Source of the DNA: an uncultured Chthonomonadaceae bacterium | GTDB lineage: Bacteria > Armatimonadota > Chthonomonadetes > Chthonomonadales > Chthonomonadaceae | Length of the DNA stretch: 64,000 bases | Direction: 5' to 3' | Assembly (NCBI GenBank): GCA_963817895.1 | Contig: CAWFQB010000011.1 | Location: forward strand, 160,001-224,000 | Made by a program: the position numbers and the translations under genes | In this document: positions 1-12,420 of the stretch, piece by piece | Numbering within the stretch: the first letter of the stretch is position 1 | How the letters are laid out: every line of letters starts with the position of its first letter | Notes under the pieces: model-generated | Seen by the model: only the letters and a program-made list of their open reading frames with translations | What the model was told of the DNA's origin: nothing | The model's database searches: none

Positions 1-2573
1 ACGCCCTCCGCCAACCTTGCGCTCAACACCCTGATACCCGCCTCACCAACCACCAACCACCAACTGCCAACCACCATAGAATTGCCGATGGGCCTGGGCA
101 ATCTCAGCCTGGGCGGGTTGAAGCTGGGGAAGCGGGCCTGGCGAAATACGGGATTGGGCGGGCTGAGCCTGCCCGCGAGCTGAACACGCCGGGACTGCTG
201 GCAGCGGGCGACATGTACGAGGACCGCAAGCAGGCCGCGCTGGAAACGGTTCGGCGGGGCGAGTGGCAGTATGCGGTTGGCGAACTCGACGCCTGCCTGA
301 TCGAGCGGCCCGAGGATTGGGACGTGGTGAACGCGCTTGCCGTCGCATGTTTCCGCATGGGCGACAAAACCGCGCGCTCTGGAACTGCTGCGGCAGGGCA
401 TTGCCGCTGTCCCCAACACGCGCGACTTCCATCACAATCTCGCCTTTATTCTGCTGGCGGAAAACCAGCCGGAAGAGGCGTTAGAGAATGTCCTGCTCGC
501 CCTTGAGTCCACGCCCGACGACGCCAACCTGCGCCGCACCGTGGAACGCGCCCAAAACGCCGTGCTGCAAAAAGCCCGCAAACTGCTGCGCGGCGTCCCC
601 GACAAACAGCGCAACGCCACGAACCGCGCCCCCGCCTACCGCGCCCTGATGGAACGCTACGAGCGGGCGGAAGAGGCAATAAAGGAAAAAGGGGAAAAGG
701 GAAAAGGGAAGAGAAGAGATACGAATACGACGATACGAGATCAACAATCAAAGTCAATACTCTTCCCTCTCCCTGTGCATGATCGTCAAGAACGAGGAGC
801 GGTTTCTGCGGCAATTGTCTTGGAGTCGGCGAAAGACTTTGTGGACGAGATCGTGATCGTGGATACGGGGTCTACGGACGGCACATTCGATATTGCCCGC
901 GAGTATGGCGCGAAGATCGTGAACTATGCGTGGAACGACGACTTTTGCCGAGGCGCGCAACCTGTCTCTGCAACATGCGACCGGAAATTGGGCGTTGTGG
1001 CTGGACGCGGACGAGGAGATTGCGCCGGGCAGCGGGCCGTGCATTCCGAGAGGCCATGCAAAGCGCGCCCCGAGCATGTCGGCGGCTACATGGTCACGTT
1101 CCACAACTGGCTCACGTCCGCCACGCGGCCCGCCGGAGGGCAGGAGATGGGCGGCGAAATGGCCGTTCACCACGCCTGCCGCCTGTTCCGGCGCGTGGAG
1201 GGCGTGAAGTTCGAGGGGCGTATCCACGAGCAGAACCTGCGCTCGCTCCAGGCGTTCGGCTACACGTATGCCCGCATGGACGGCCTGCTGCATTGACCAC
1301 TTCGGGTATGCGGGCGAGATCATGACCCTGCGCAACAAGCACGAGCGGTTTATTCGCATGTTGACGCGCGAAGTGGAGGAGTGCCCGGACGAAGGTTTCC
1401 GCGCATTTCCACCTGTTCAACCTGGGCAACGCCTACTTCACGTTCGGCGACATGGAAAACGCCGCCCGCAATTTCAGCCAGGGCCGCGCAGGGCATGAGC
1501 GCGGAGGAGGAGTTCGCCGTTACGCTGTTTGTGGAATGGGCAACGGCTCTGCACCGGATGCAGCGGCCATGGGAAGGGCTGGACGTGTGCGCGCAGGCGG
1601 ATTCAAAGGGTATCCGGCAGGCGGGAATCGAGTTTTCGCGCGGCTATTGCCTGCTGCACACGGAGCAGTATGAGGCGGCGGAAATGGCGTTCCGGGCGGC
1701 CATCGACATGGGCGCGGGAAGACGCGGGCGATGCGCACTTCACGCAAACGGGGGATATGGGCGCGTCCACATACAAGGCGCGGTACGGGCTTGCGCTCGC
1801 GCTTGTCGGGCAGGATCGGCATGAGGAAGCGATTCCGTTTTGCCGGGAAGCACTTGGAAGAGCAGCCGAACATGGTGGAAGCGCGGTATCTGCTTGCCAT
1901 CGTCCTGACGCAGCAGGACCGGACGTGGGAGGCCAGCCAGGAACTGGAAACCGTTCTGGACGCAAAACCCGGCACACGACGACGCCATCCGCGACCTGGG
2001 CGCGATCTACTATGCGGCGCAAGGAGTACGAACGCGCCCTGCCGCATCTGCGCCATATCGCGTGGCAGAAACGCCGACGACGACGGAGGCGCAGGCGCGG
2101 CTGGCAGGCTGCTGCGAACAGCTTGGCCTGCTGGACGAGGCGCGCGACGGCTACGAGCGCCTGCGCCTGCTTGCGTCCCGAACTCGGTGGAAGTGTGCGT
2201 CAATCTGGGGCGCGTGCTGGCGGGATCTGGACGCGCCCGGCGAAGCGCTGGAATGCTACACGGAGGCCATCAAGCGCGACCCGACGTATGGCAACGCCTA
2301 CTTCAACGCGGGCGACCTGATGTACCAATTGGGCATTTACGACCGGGCGGCGGAAACCTATCTGGCCGGCCTGGAAGTCAGACCCCGACACAGGAGGGCG
2401 GCTTCTTCGTGCTGGGCAACTGCTACTTCCGGACCGCAGGCGTATGCCGCCGCCGTCGTCTCGTACCGGCAGGCGCTTGCGCCAGTTCCCCACCCATCAG
2501 GAAGCGCGCCAAAATCTGCGAACTCGCCGAGCAGCGCGCCCTCGAAGTCGGGCAGGAAGTCCCCGCCGCGTAA
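1..2573 (+). CDS. TPR-containing glycosyltransferase family 2 protein (several frameshifts; 5' end probably outside the window)
   Basis: Joined frames give TPRs, the GT2 motifs 'SLCMIVKNEE', 'DEIVIVDTGSTDGT', 'ARNLSL..ATGNWALWLDADE' and 'FEGRIHEQ', then C-terminal TPRs ending at TAA 2571-2573. Confidence 0.85.
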
Positions 2574-2686
2574 AATACAGGAATGGAACCTTTTTTGGTT
2601 TACTCCGTAACGAGGCTGTATATGTATCCGCCGTTTCCTGCATTGCGGCCTGAAGACCGCAGAGCGACTCACTGAGGAGAAAACTT

Positions 2687-3217
2687 ATGAAGACGGTAGT
2701 TGGTTTGTTTGACGATTTTGCGCAGGCCCGGAGCGCGGCTGTCGAATTGGAACGCATGGGCGTATCGCACAATGACATCAGCGTGCTTGCCAACAACGAA
2801 ACGGAAGCGCACGGCTCCAATACAGTCGCCGGCGATCACAGCATGGGACATGCCGTGACCAAAGATGCGGGCGTGGGAGCCGAAATCGGCGGCGTGTTGG
2901 GTCTGCTGGCGGGTATAAGCCTCTTTGTCGTTCCCGGCCTGGGATTCCTTGCCGGCGCGGGCTGGCTGGCAGGGATGCTGACAGGCGCGGGCATTGGCGC
3001 GGTGGCCGGGGGACTGGTGGGCGCGCTGACGCACGTAGGCGTTCCCGCAACCGATGCGGCTTACTACAACGAGGGTGTGCGGCGTGGCGGAACGCTGGTG
3101 GCTGTACGCGCTGACGACGCAGGTGTCAGCAACATTGCGCAGGTACTTGGCACCCATGGCGCAGTTGACATCGAGCAGCGAGCCGCCACCTACCGTAGTG
3201 AAGGACTCGTAGTGTAG
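2687..3217 (+). CDS. General stress protein (YflT/17M-like domain with Gly-rich membrane hairpin)
   Basis: 'MKTVVGLFDD..A..AVELE..G...DISVL', a GAxxG-rich hydrophobic segment and 'YYNEGVRRGGTLVAV'; GAGGAG RBS. Confidence 0.75.
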   Translation: MKTVVGLFDDFAQARSAAVELERMGVSHNDISVLANNETEAHGSNTVAGDHSMGHAVTKDAGVGAEIGGVLGLLAGISLFVVPGLGFLAGAGWLAGMLTGAGIGAVAGGLVGALTHVGVPATDAAYYNEGVRRGGTLVAVRADDAGVSNIAQVLGTHGAVDIEQRAATYRSEGLVV

Positions 3218-3295
3218 CCGACACGTCAGGAGCCTGTCTTCCAGCGGCGCAAACTGCTTCGGCAGCATCGCGTTGCGCGTTACAAATGGATACGC

Positions 3296-3341
3296 CACAA
3301 TCAGCCACAGTTCCCGTTCATGGGAACTGTGGCTGATTGTG
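3296..3341. terminator. Perfect 20-bp inverted repeat hairpin between convergent genes
   Basis: cacaatcagccacagttccc-gttcat-gggaactgtggctgattgtg. Confidence 0.7.
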
Positions 3342-3657
3342 TGTTGAGGCCTATTTTCTTAAAGAAGACTACAGGTACAGGCAAAATACTGTGTTTTGAA
3401 GAAACTGTTCGCTTCCCCTGGCGTAATCCTTCTTAAAGTTCGCATAATTCTACATACTTATGTGTACTATTCTGTGAAGGAGAGGCTCATATGGAGCGCT
3501 TGTTTCCTTTTGTATCAGCGAATGGCCTGCCGTATCCCCGCCCTGCTGTACAAAACCGCGTTACAGGAACAGAAGTTGGCCGAGCGCGTCAAGGAACAGA
3601 TCGCGTGTGAGTTGGGGCCGTGTGTCCGATGGGAATCTGTAATTAGAATTGCGTCCT

Positions 3658-3707
3658 TAGGAGGACACAACAAGCCCGTAGGAGGACACAACATGTTGTG
3701 TCCCTAC
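3658..3707. repeat. REP-like palindrome (GTAGG..GGACACAACATGTTGTGTCCCTAC) with a partial direct duplication
   Basis: taggaggacacaaca occurs at 3658 and 3679; the palindromic core recurs at 7623-7649. Confidence 0.65.
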
Positions 3708-3761
3708 GCCGCAGGCCATGTAGACAGGGGTTTTCAACCTCTGGCTTCTGTGTTATTGTGT

Positions 3762-5676
3762 TCAGAGGGCAGAGCTATCGGTGTAGGGGCGTACCGCAGG
3801 AGGTTCGCAAACGCGGGTGTGCGGGTTGTACTCTTCCAGAACCAGCAGGAGATTGCCGGGTTCTATAAGATCGCTTTGCGTGGTGGCGCGGGTCTGCTGA
3901 AACTGACCCGTACCGGAGCGTTTGAGCATAATCACGGTTCCCTGTTCGCGCAGTTCGCGCCCGGACGCGCCCACCATGCCCTGCCGACTGACCTCTTCGG
4001 GCAGCATCCAGCGCAGCAGAAACAGGCGCGAACCGAGCAGGAAGCCGTGTTCCGTGTGCTTGTTGATGGTGCAGCCGACGAAAGTGGCGGCTGCCGTTGC
4101 CGCCGCATTCACGGCCCGGTCAATGTTCAGACTGTCCACCAGTTTGCTTGCCAGCAGCGAGTCGGTGATGCGGACAACGGAGCGGATGCGCGGCTGTAGC
4201 CGTTCGGCCTCGATGCGCGATACGCACGTTATCTAAATCGTTGGCGGTCGTGACGATGATGGCCCGCGCCTGCGCAACATTGGCCTGTTCCAGAATACGG
4301 GGGCGGTTGGCGTCGCCGACAATCACGTACAGGTCGTCGGTCAGGGCGGGCGCGGCCTCGTGGTCTAATTGCCGCTCGATGGCAATCACGGGCTGTTTCA
4401 TCCGGCGCAGGGCTTCAATTACCCGCGACCCGGTATCTCCCAACCCCACCACTACCAGATGCCCGCGCAACTGACTCTGACGCCGCCCCAGCGCCTGATC
4501 CACGCGGGCGGAAACGATAAAGTCCGTCATGAGGCCGAACACGATGGCGACCATCGCCGCCCCGGAAAACATCACGAAACAGCCGAACAATTTCAGCCAC
4601 CACGCCGCAGCGTGAAGGTTGAAATCCCCGAAACCGACTGTGGTAATGATGCTGACCACGAAGTACAGCGAATCAATCCAGTCCAGCGGTAGGGCGAAAT
4701 GGAACACGGCGATACTGAGAGCAATAAATGTCAGCAGGGCGTAAAATGCGGTCTTCAGCAGCAGGGGGCCACGCCGGAGCGCGCGGAGGGGCGTTCGGAT
4801 AGCCGATACTCCCTGAGCGAGCAGGGCGCGGAGCGCGTTTTGCGCCCTTCCCTCTGTGGGCAGTACGGGAGCGGGCAGATAGCCACCCTTGCGTAATCGT
4901 TCTGTGACCGCGCCCACAGCCGCAACGACGATCTCATCCCCATCTATAAGCGGGCGCTGCAAATGTATGTCGGCAGCATCCGTCAGCAGGAGCGGGGAGG
5001 CAACGGCAACGGTTTGCGGAGTGGAGGCGGACGGCGTAAGAGAAGAAGTAGGAGTTTTGCCGTGCAGCAGGGCGAGGGGAATCAGGTCGCGCCGGGAACA
5101 AAACTCGTCCAGCATTTCGCCCACGCCCGGCGTTTTGTCGGTAATCGCCATGCGCAGAATGTCAATGTCGCAGCCGCCAATGGTGAAGGAGCGCAGCATC
5201 TCCTCGCCCAACGCGGCGGCAATGAACACGGGAGCCGTGAGGAGAGCGGGGCTGAGAACGTCGCGAATACCCATTTCGCGCCCGATACGTTCGGCCAAAT
5301 CGCGGTCGAATACGCGCACAATCAGCCCGATTTCAGGATTTAGACGTTGGGCGTCGGAAGCAATCTGAATGTTGACCAGATCGTGGCTGGTGGTAATCAG
5401 GATGCCTTTGGCGGTTTCAATGCCCGCCGTTCGCAGGCACGACTCGGCGCGGGCGTCCCCCTGCACAAACCGAATGTCGTTCTGCTCGATGAAATCGCCC
5501 CACTCGGAACGGATTTCGCGGCTGAGAATCACGAACGGTTCGCCGATGGCAAGCAGCAGTTGCGCCACGCGATACCCGACCTGCCCCAACCCGCAGACAA
5601 TGAGATGGTCCTGGAGAGCGTGTTCCGCGTCTTCCGTTTCTTCTGATTTCGCCGTCGCGCTCACGCCGGCCCCCAC
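3762..5676 (-). CDS. Potassium channel protein with multiple TrkA-N (RCK) domains (frameshift near 4200)
   Basis: Rossmann motifs 'HLIVCGLGQVG' and 'HLVVVGLGDTG', and the K+ selectivity filter 'TTVGFGD' between two TM helices. Confidence 0.85.
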
Positions 5677-5869
5677 GCCTGCCGCGCGAGTTCTAATTTT
5701 ATATGTGTTGTTATCTTGATCATCTTCTCGCCTCCACCACTCTCATTATAGCACGGACAGCGCAAAGCGTTGTGACGCGGCAGGAATTCGCAGGCAATCG
5801 GGTGTATTCAGGTAACACTGAATAGCGCCGGGGGAATAGTCAGGACAAGTTTTAGAAAGGAGCAGGAGC

Positions 5870-7054
5870 ATGACGCATCCGCAATTCAGCGGCAGGCGGA
5901 AAGCAGGAGGGTTGGCGGTGGCTGTGGGCGTTGTGGCTATCCTGATGATGGGACGCAGCCCGTTGGAGGAGCCGAATCTCCTGCGGCGGGCGCAACTGGT
6001 CGCCACGCGCCAACAATGGCAGAGTGGGGGGCAGTACGGCTGGCTGTCGAACCGTGAATTGCTGTTTCAGCGCAGTTGGATTTCTTCCGACCTGCCTCAG
6101 TCCGGCTTTTTTCGTTATGATGTGGATACAAAAACTGCCACGCATGACGATAAATTAACGGACGCGCTGAAGTCCGGCTACAGTATGCGGGTTTCGCCGG
6201 ACGGTAAATGGCTGCTCAGTGGCATTATGTCCCGCTACGACGCGCGGCAGAAAAAGGAGCAGTCGTTTTACGCCGTTATTCGCATTGCCGATGGGACACC
6301 GGTTCGCCGCTTCGTGGAGGACGGCTTTATCACGACAGCATGGTGCGGCGACAGCCGCCACTGGATGGAGTTTTCAGGCCGGCATGTGGCCCCGCCCGGA
6401 ACGGTTCCGCCAGTGAATATGAACGCGCAGCCTGTGTCTGTCCAGCGCGTGGGCATCGGCTGCATTGACGCGCCCGAACGTATGCAAATGACGGACATTG
6501 CGCCCAACAGCCTGCTGCGCAAGCCGGGACTGACGAGCGCATGGAACTATTCTCCGGGGCGTATCGCCGTTCTTGACCCCAACCGCCTGCTGATATGGGA
6601 GCGGCAACCGTACCCCTCGCGCTCGATTGTGGTACAGGAGATCGGCCTGCAAAGCGCGACGCCCGCTCATTCGTATGTGCTGACGCCGCCCGGTAAGCGC
6701 GGCATTGTTCATGTCGAATTCACAGCGAAGGGCGACCGTGTGGGCTTGAAACTGGCCGAGCATTTTGAGGATAACGGGCTGTTTTCCTATCTGCGCGCAC
6801 TTCTCCATTTGCCAATCAGCAGTCCTGGCGCTTCCCGGCAGAGCCTGTGGGTAAGCCGCGTGGACGGCAGCGATATGCGTGAAGTCGGAGCCGCCCCGGA
6901 CCAGCGTATTCCTATGAGCGGCAGCGGCCCAATTGATGAGGATGGCGAACACTTACGGGGGCCGTCTTCGCCGCGTCAGCTTCGCTGGCTTCCTGACGGC
7001 AAACATCTCAGTTTCAGCTACAAAGACGATTTGTATACAATCACTGCCGACTGA
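5870..7054 (+). CDS. Exported hypothetical protein, TolB-like beta-propeller
   Basis: N-terminal hydrophobic anchor; 'VSPDGKWLL', 'SRVDGSDMREVG' and 'WLPDGKHLSF' blades; AGGAG RBS. Confidence 0.6.
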   Translation: MTHPQFSGRRKAGGLAVAVGVVAILMMGRSPLEEPNLLRRAQLVATRQQWQSGGQYGWLSNRELLFQRSWISSDLPQSGFFRYDVDTKTATHDDKLTDALKSGYSMRVSPDGKWLLSGIMSRYDARQKKEQSFYAVIRIADGTPVRRFVEDGFITTAWCGDSRHWMEFSGRHVAPPGTVPPVNMNAQPVSVQRVGIGCIDAPERMQMTDIAPNSLLRKPGLTSAWNYSPGRIAVLDPNRLLIWERQPYPSRSIVVQEIGLQSATPAHSYVLTPPGKRGIVHVEFTAKGDRVGLKLAEHFEDNGLFSYLRALLHLPISSPGASRQSLWVSRVDGSDMREVGAAPDQRIPMSGSGPIDEDGEHLRGPSSPRQLRWLPDGKHLSFSYKDDLYTITAD

Positions 7055-7571
7055 CGATGGTAAACTTCGCGCTGCCGCAACCCCGCCTGTTGCTCAAGAA
7101 GCCGCCTAAAGGCGTGTAAAATAATCTCCCGAACGAAGAGAAGCGCGACCTTTGCTAACGGAGGAATGGAAACGCGCCGGGAGAAGGGTATGTAGAGACA
7201 GCGTCGAAATAGTGGCAATGCAGCGCTTCCAGCCCAGTGTCTCATTGTGTCAGGTTGTGAGTAGAGGCGTCGTGACCTCATTAGCATCAGGGCGAACGGG
7301 GAGAGTGACCAGGCATCCTCTTGCACCTCCCTTCCAGGTTAGATTGTTGAGAGTGGAGAAGAACTCCGAATTTTCAACGGCCCACCACCGGCTAGTTAGT
7401 AGTCTCTATATAGTAGACGTATGTAGATGTTTAGACGATGTGTGTGCGGAAAAGGTTCGTTTGTTTCTGCTATTTATCCTGTTTTTCTGACCTGTTCCCT
7501 AAAATTTGTACCAATGAAGGGGAGCCGGGAAGGCCATTTGCTTCGGGTTCGTACCTCTATCCCTTCCCGGC

Positions 7572-7649
7572 GGGCATAAAGCGCAAGGAGGACACAAGGC
7601 GCAAGGAGGGCATAAAGCGCAAGGAGGACACAACAAGTTGTGTCCCTAC
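7572..7649. repeat. 18-bp tandem units ending in a REP-like palindrome
   Basis: gggcataaagcgcaagga / ggacacaaggcgcaagga / gggcataaagcgcaagga / ggacacaacaagttgtgtccctac. Confidence 0.7.
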
Positions 7650-7720
7650 GAACGTGTTTTTGTGGCGGCGGTCGCCTCAAAGTGAAGGTGTATTAGCAAC
7701 AACCAAAAGGAAAAACTAAC

Positions 7721-8128
7721 ATGCAGTCACAACAGATTTGGATAGACGCAAACGGGGTAGCCTTTATCGCCGATACGAACACCAAAGTGATTGAAGTGGT
7801 TCTGGATGCTACGGCACAGGGAGGAAACGCTGAGGAGATACAGGCGCAACATTCGTATCTGTCTCTGCCACAAATTCAAGCCGCGCTGGAGTATTACCAA
7901 GAACACAAACAGGAACTGGACGCCGACATAGAACGGCGTTTTCAATTTACCGAGACGATGCGGGAACAGTCAACGCAGCAGTTCACTCGCGCCGAACTCG
8001 AACAGCGGTTGCAAACTCGTATTCAGTCGGCTGATTCAACACGGGAAGAACTTTTAGCAGGAGTGACGCCTGAGAATCGGCATGGTGAAGTGGATTGGAG
8101 AAAGCCGATGGGAAAGGAAGTATGGTGA
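7721..8128 (+). CDS. DUF433 antitoxin-like protein with a MazE-like C-terminal tail
   Basis: 'G.AFIADTNTKV.EVV....GGNAEEI...SYLSLPQIQAALEYY' (DUF433), then 'ELLAGVTPENRHGEVDWRKPMGKEVW' (MazE C-terminus-like). Confidence 0.7.
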   Translation: MQSQQIWIDANGVAFIADTNTKVIEVVLDATAQGGNAEEIQAQHSYLSLPQIQAALEYYQEHKQELDADIERRFQFTETMREQSTQQFTRAELEQRLQTRIQSADSTREELLAGVTPENRHGEVDWRKPMGKEVW

Positions 8129-8361
8129 AAGACAGTTCTACAATCGCAAATACACAGGAACTACACGCTGCATTGCAGCACCTGACCAGTTTGACCAACA
8201 TGCTGACGGCGATGTATCTGGATGCAAAAGAGCGCAACGACTTCGCCCTGTTTCCCGTTACGGCGGAAGGGTACTTCGTCAAAGTTCAGGAACTCAACGC
8301 CGAAGTCCGCGCCTATCTTCAATGGCATTCCGCAACTCCTAATTTTGGAGTCACAATATGA
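8122..8361 (+). CDS. Small helical hypothetical protein
   Basis: 79 aa; the start overlaps the upstream stop (ATGGTGA) and the stop overlaps the downstream start (ATGA). Confidence 0.6.
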   Translation: MVKDSSTIANTQELHAALQHLTSLTNMLTAMYLDAKERNDFALFPVTAEGYFVKVQELNAEVRAYLQWHSATPNFGVTI

Positions 8362-8807
8362 CGTTTGCAATGGTGATAACGCGCCAACCGAAGTCTTCCA
8401 ATCCTGGAGCAAACCGCCCCTTTCAAGAGGCTCTAGGCGATGCGGCGCGTCAAAAGATGGTGGATAAAGCCCTTATGGAGGGTAATCGGTATATTCGTAT
8501 CAACTGGTTTTTTAACAAACCCGGCGGACCGGATGTTGATAACATCCTGAAACAGATTGTTGATTCCATGAAAACCATCGTCTATGCCGACGACGCTTTG
8601 TTTGTAAAAGCATTGGCCTGTAAATACGATCTGAGAACAGGCAGGCCGCAACTGAGCGATAGAAATGTTCCCGTAGACGTATCGGATGTATATGACGAAC
8701 TACTGAAGCAGCTTGCAACGCGCTGGGATGGTATTCTTTACATTGAAGTAGGGAAGGTTCAATCCAGCACCGTCGTGTTTGGTCAGATTGATGGAGGAGT
8801 GGCATGA
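8358..8807 (+). CDS. RusA-family crossover-junction endonuclease-like protein
   Basis: Acidic RusA motif 'PDVDNILKQIVDSM..IVYADD'. Confidence 0.7.
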   Translation: MTFAMVITRQPKSSNPGANRPFQEALGDAARQKMVDKALMEGNRYIRINWFFNKPGGPDVDNILKQIVDSMKTIVYADDALFVKALACKYDLRTGRPQLSDRNVPVDVSDVYDELLKQLATRWDGILYIEVGKVQSSTVVFGQIDGGVA

Positions 8808-9412
8808 TCTCATCACTGGATTATCTGGAAGTGGCAAAAACGGAAGAAATAGCCTCGCAACTGGTTTCCGAAGGTTATACCGTGCAGCGTGAGGCGATGT
8901 CTATGGTGGGAACGTCGCGCTATGATCTGGTTGCAGAGCGTGGCAAGGATAAAATCGTTTTTGAGGTAAAAGCGCAGGCGCGACTACAGCAGGAACACGA
9001 ACACATTCGCCAACTGCGGAAAAGGGCACATGAACAGGGTTATAGCGAGTTCCGGCTTGTGATCGTAAATCCTCCTCATACAGTGGCTGTCGAAATCGAA
9101 GGCTTCGACACGCAAATGTTGGATTACCTCATCGAAAACACGCCCGAAGAGTTACAGGCGCTTTCCTCTGTTACGATAATAGAGGGTGTGTCCGACCTTG
9201 AATTTGATATGGTGAGCGTGAGCGACACAGGTATTTGCGTCCGTGGCACAGGCGTGGTAGACGTCGTGCTTGAGTATGGAGGCGGGGAAAATCGCGACGG
9301 TTTGAGTATGCGCGAGGGCTATTTTTTCGAGTTCGAGGTGACGCTAAATCAAGATCGAAAAATTGAAGCCGTCAACCGTTTGCAGGTGGAGACTTCCAGC
9401 TTCTATGAGTGA
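8804..9412 (+). CDS. PD-(D/E)XK nuclease-like domain fused to a pPIWI-associating-nuclease-like (pP_pnuc_2) domain
   Basis: N-terminal 'YDLVAERGKDKIVFEVK'; C-terminal 'EELQALSS...G.VDVVLEYG...DG....YFFEFEV...VETSSFYE'. Family recalled from motifs, not searched. Confidence 0.55.
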   Translation: MISSLDYLEVAKTEEIASQLVSEGYTVQREAMSMVGTSRYDLVAERGKDKIVFEVKAQARLQQEHEHIRQLRKRAHEQGYSEFRLVIVNPPHTVAVEIEGFDTQMLDYLIENTPEELQALSSVTIIEGVSDLEFDMVSVSDTGICVRGTGVVDVVLEYGGGENRDGLSMREGYFFEFEVTLNQDRKIEAVNRLQVETSSFYE

Positions 9413-9414
9413 AA

Positions 9415-9841
9415 TTATGTAGGCCGTTTCAGAATCTGTGCCACATCTCCATAGAGGCGGCCCGCCAGACTTTCGAGCGTGTTATGTTCAATGTCTTCGC
9501 CGCGTCCGATTTTGCTTGACCACAGGCCGGAGGGGAGTTGTTTGGCGGCGTGAGTTGGCAGGCGGTTTGCGTGTGCGTAGATTGCTACTTTCTCAAAACC
9601 GGCTTCCAGTTCGGCATTGTCGCAGGTTTCATAGCCAAGTGTCTCTATAGGCTTGTACAAAAGCGGCCAGGCTCTCTTCGAGGGGCGCGTCTTCAGGCCA
9701 GTAATAATCTTCATCGGGCCACCACCAACACCAATTCTGGTCTGCGGCCCATGCGAGACAGTTGTAAATCGCTGTTGACGGACTGGTAATCCAATATCCG
9801 TCTGCCGCTAATTTTGGGAACAGAGCCTCCAGATGGTTCAC
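9415..9841 (-). CDS. DUF7689-like Cys/His protein (one frameshift near 9645)
   Basis: 'FPKL...Y.ITSP...YNCLAWAA....WWWP...YYWP' joined to 'LGYE.C...LE.GFEKVAIY....PTHAAKQL..G.WSSKIG..EDIEH'. Confidence 0.65.
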
Positions 9842-10170
9842 TACAGATAACCCTGTTCTTTGCCCCAGCAAATCCATGTTTGCGCCATTGCCGCTGTTTG
9901 GCCTTGCTGTTCTACAGGCACAGGGTTCGCGCCTGTTAATTGTCGCAGAGCGGCAAACCAGTGATCTGGTTGCCGCTCTAATTCACGCAAAAGCAGAGGG
10001 ACAACGGCAGGGCCGAGCGCGATAATCGCCTGATACGCCGGGTGTTCAATAATCTGGCGGATTGAGGAGAGTGGAAGCGTTTCTTCGCGCCACACGGCTG
10101 CCAGCCTTGTAAATTGCTCTGCCAGATCGTTTTGCGCAATCGGTATGAACGGGGTAATAGTGGTTGTCAC
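9841..10170 (-). CDS. Conserved hypothetical protein (cognate partner of the DUF7689-like gene)
   Basis: 'W.EET..LSS....[19 protein letters not shown]...PDHWF.AL..LTGANPV'; translationally coupled to the downstream gene. Confidence 0.7.
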   Translation of the reverse strand: MTTTITPFIPIAQNDLAEQFTRLAAVWREETLPLSSIRQIIEHPAYQAIIALGPAVVPLLLRELERQPDHWFAALRQLTGANPVPVEQQGQTAAMAQTWICWGKEQGYL

Positions 10171-10233
10171 GGCTTGTTCTCCGGTGAAAGCGCCTATTTG
10201 TTGTTGTTATGATACCAGATAGAACCTTTATTG

Positions 10234-10277
10234 ACAAAGCGGCGCGGACAGGGAAATTCCTGTCCGCGCCGCTTTGT
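10234..10277 (-). terminator. groEL terminator hairpin
   Basis: 19-bp perfect stem acaaagcggcgcggacagg/cctgtccgcgccgctttgt about 20 nt after the groEL stop. Confidence 0.8.
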
Positions 10278-10298
10278 ACCCCACTGGCAAACGGCAGT

Positions 10299-12255
<1,957 letters not shown>

Positions 12256-12420
12256 TTATCCTCCTGAGATGGTAAAGGTTTGAAACGCGCCCACTGCTTT
12301 TGTTACTCCGTCACGCGCGCGCGAAACGGAAAAGCGGGGGCAAAAGGCGCAAAATCCAGCATTGAGATTTCTAAGCTGCGCCGGGTCAAAACAAAGCCTG
12401 AACCGTGAAAGCGTGTTATT

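Noticed and set aside
3396..4199. 267-aa plus-strand ORF
   Set aside because: Overlaps the potassium channel 3' end antisense and runs through a REP-like repeat; no protein-like motifs.
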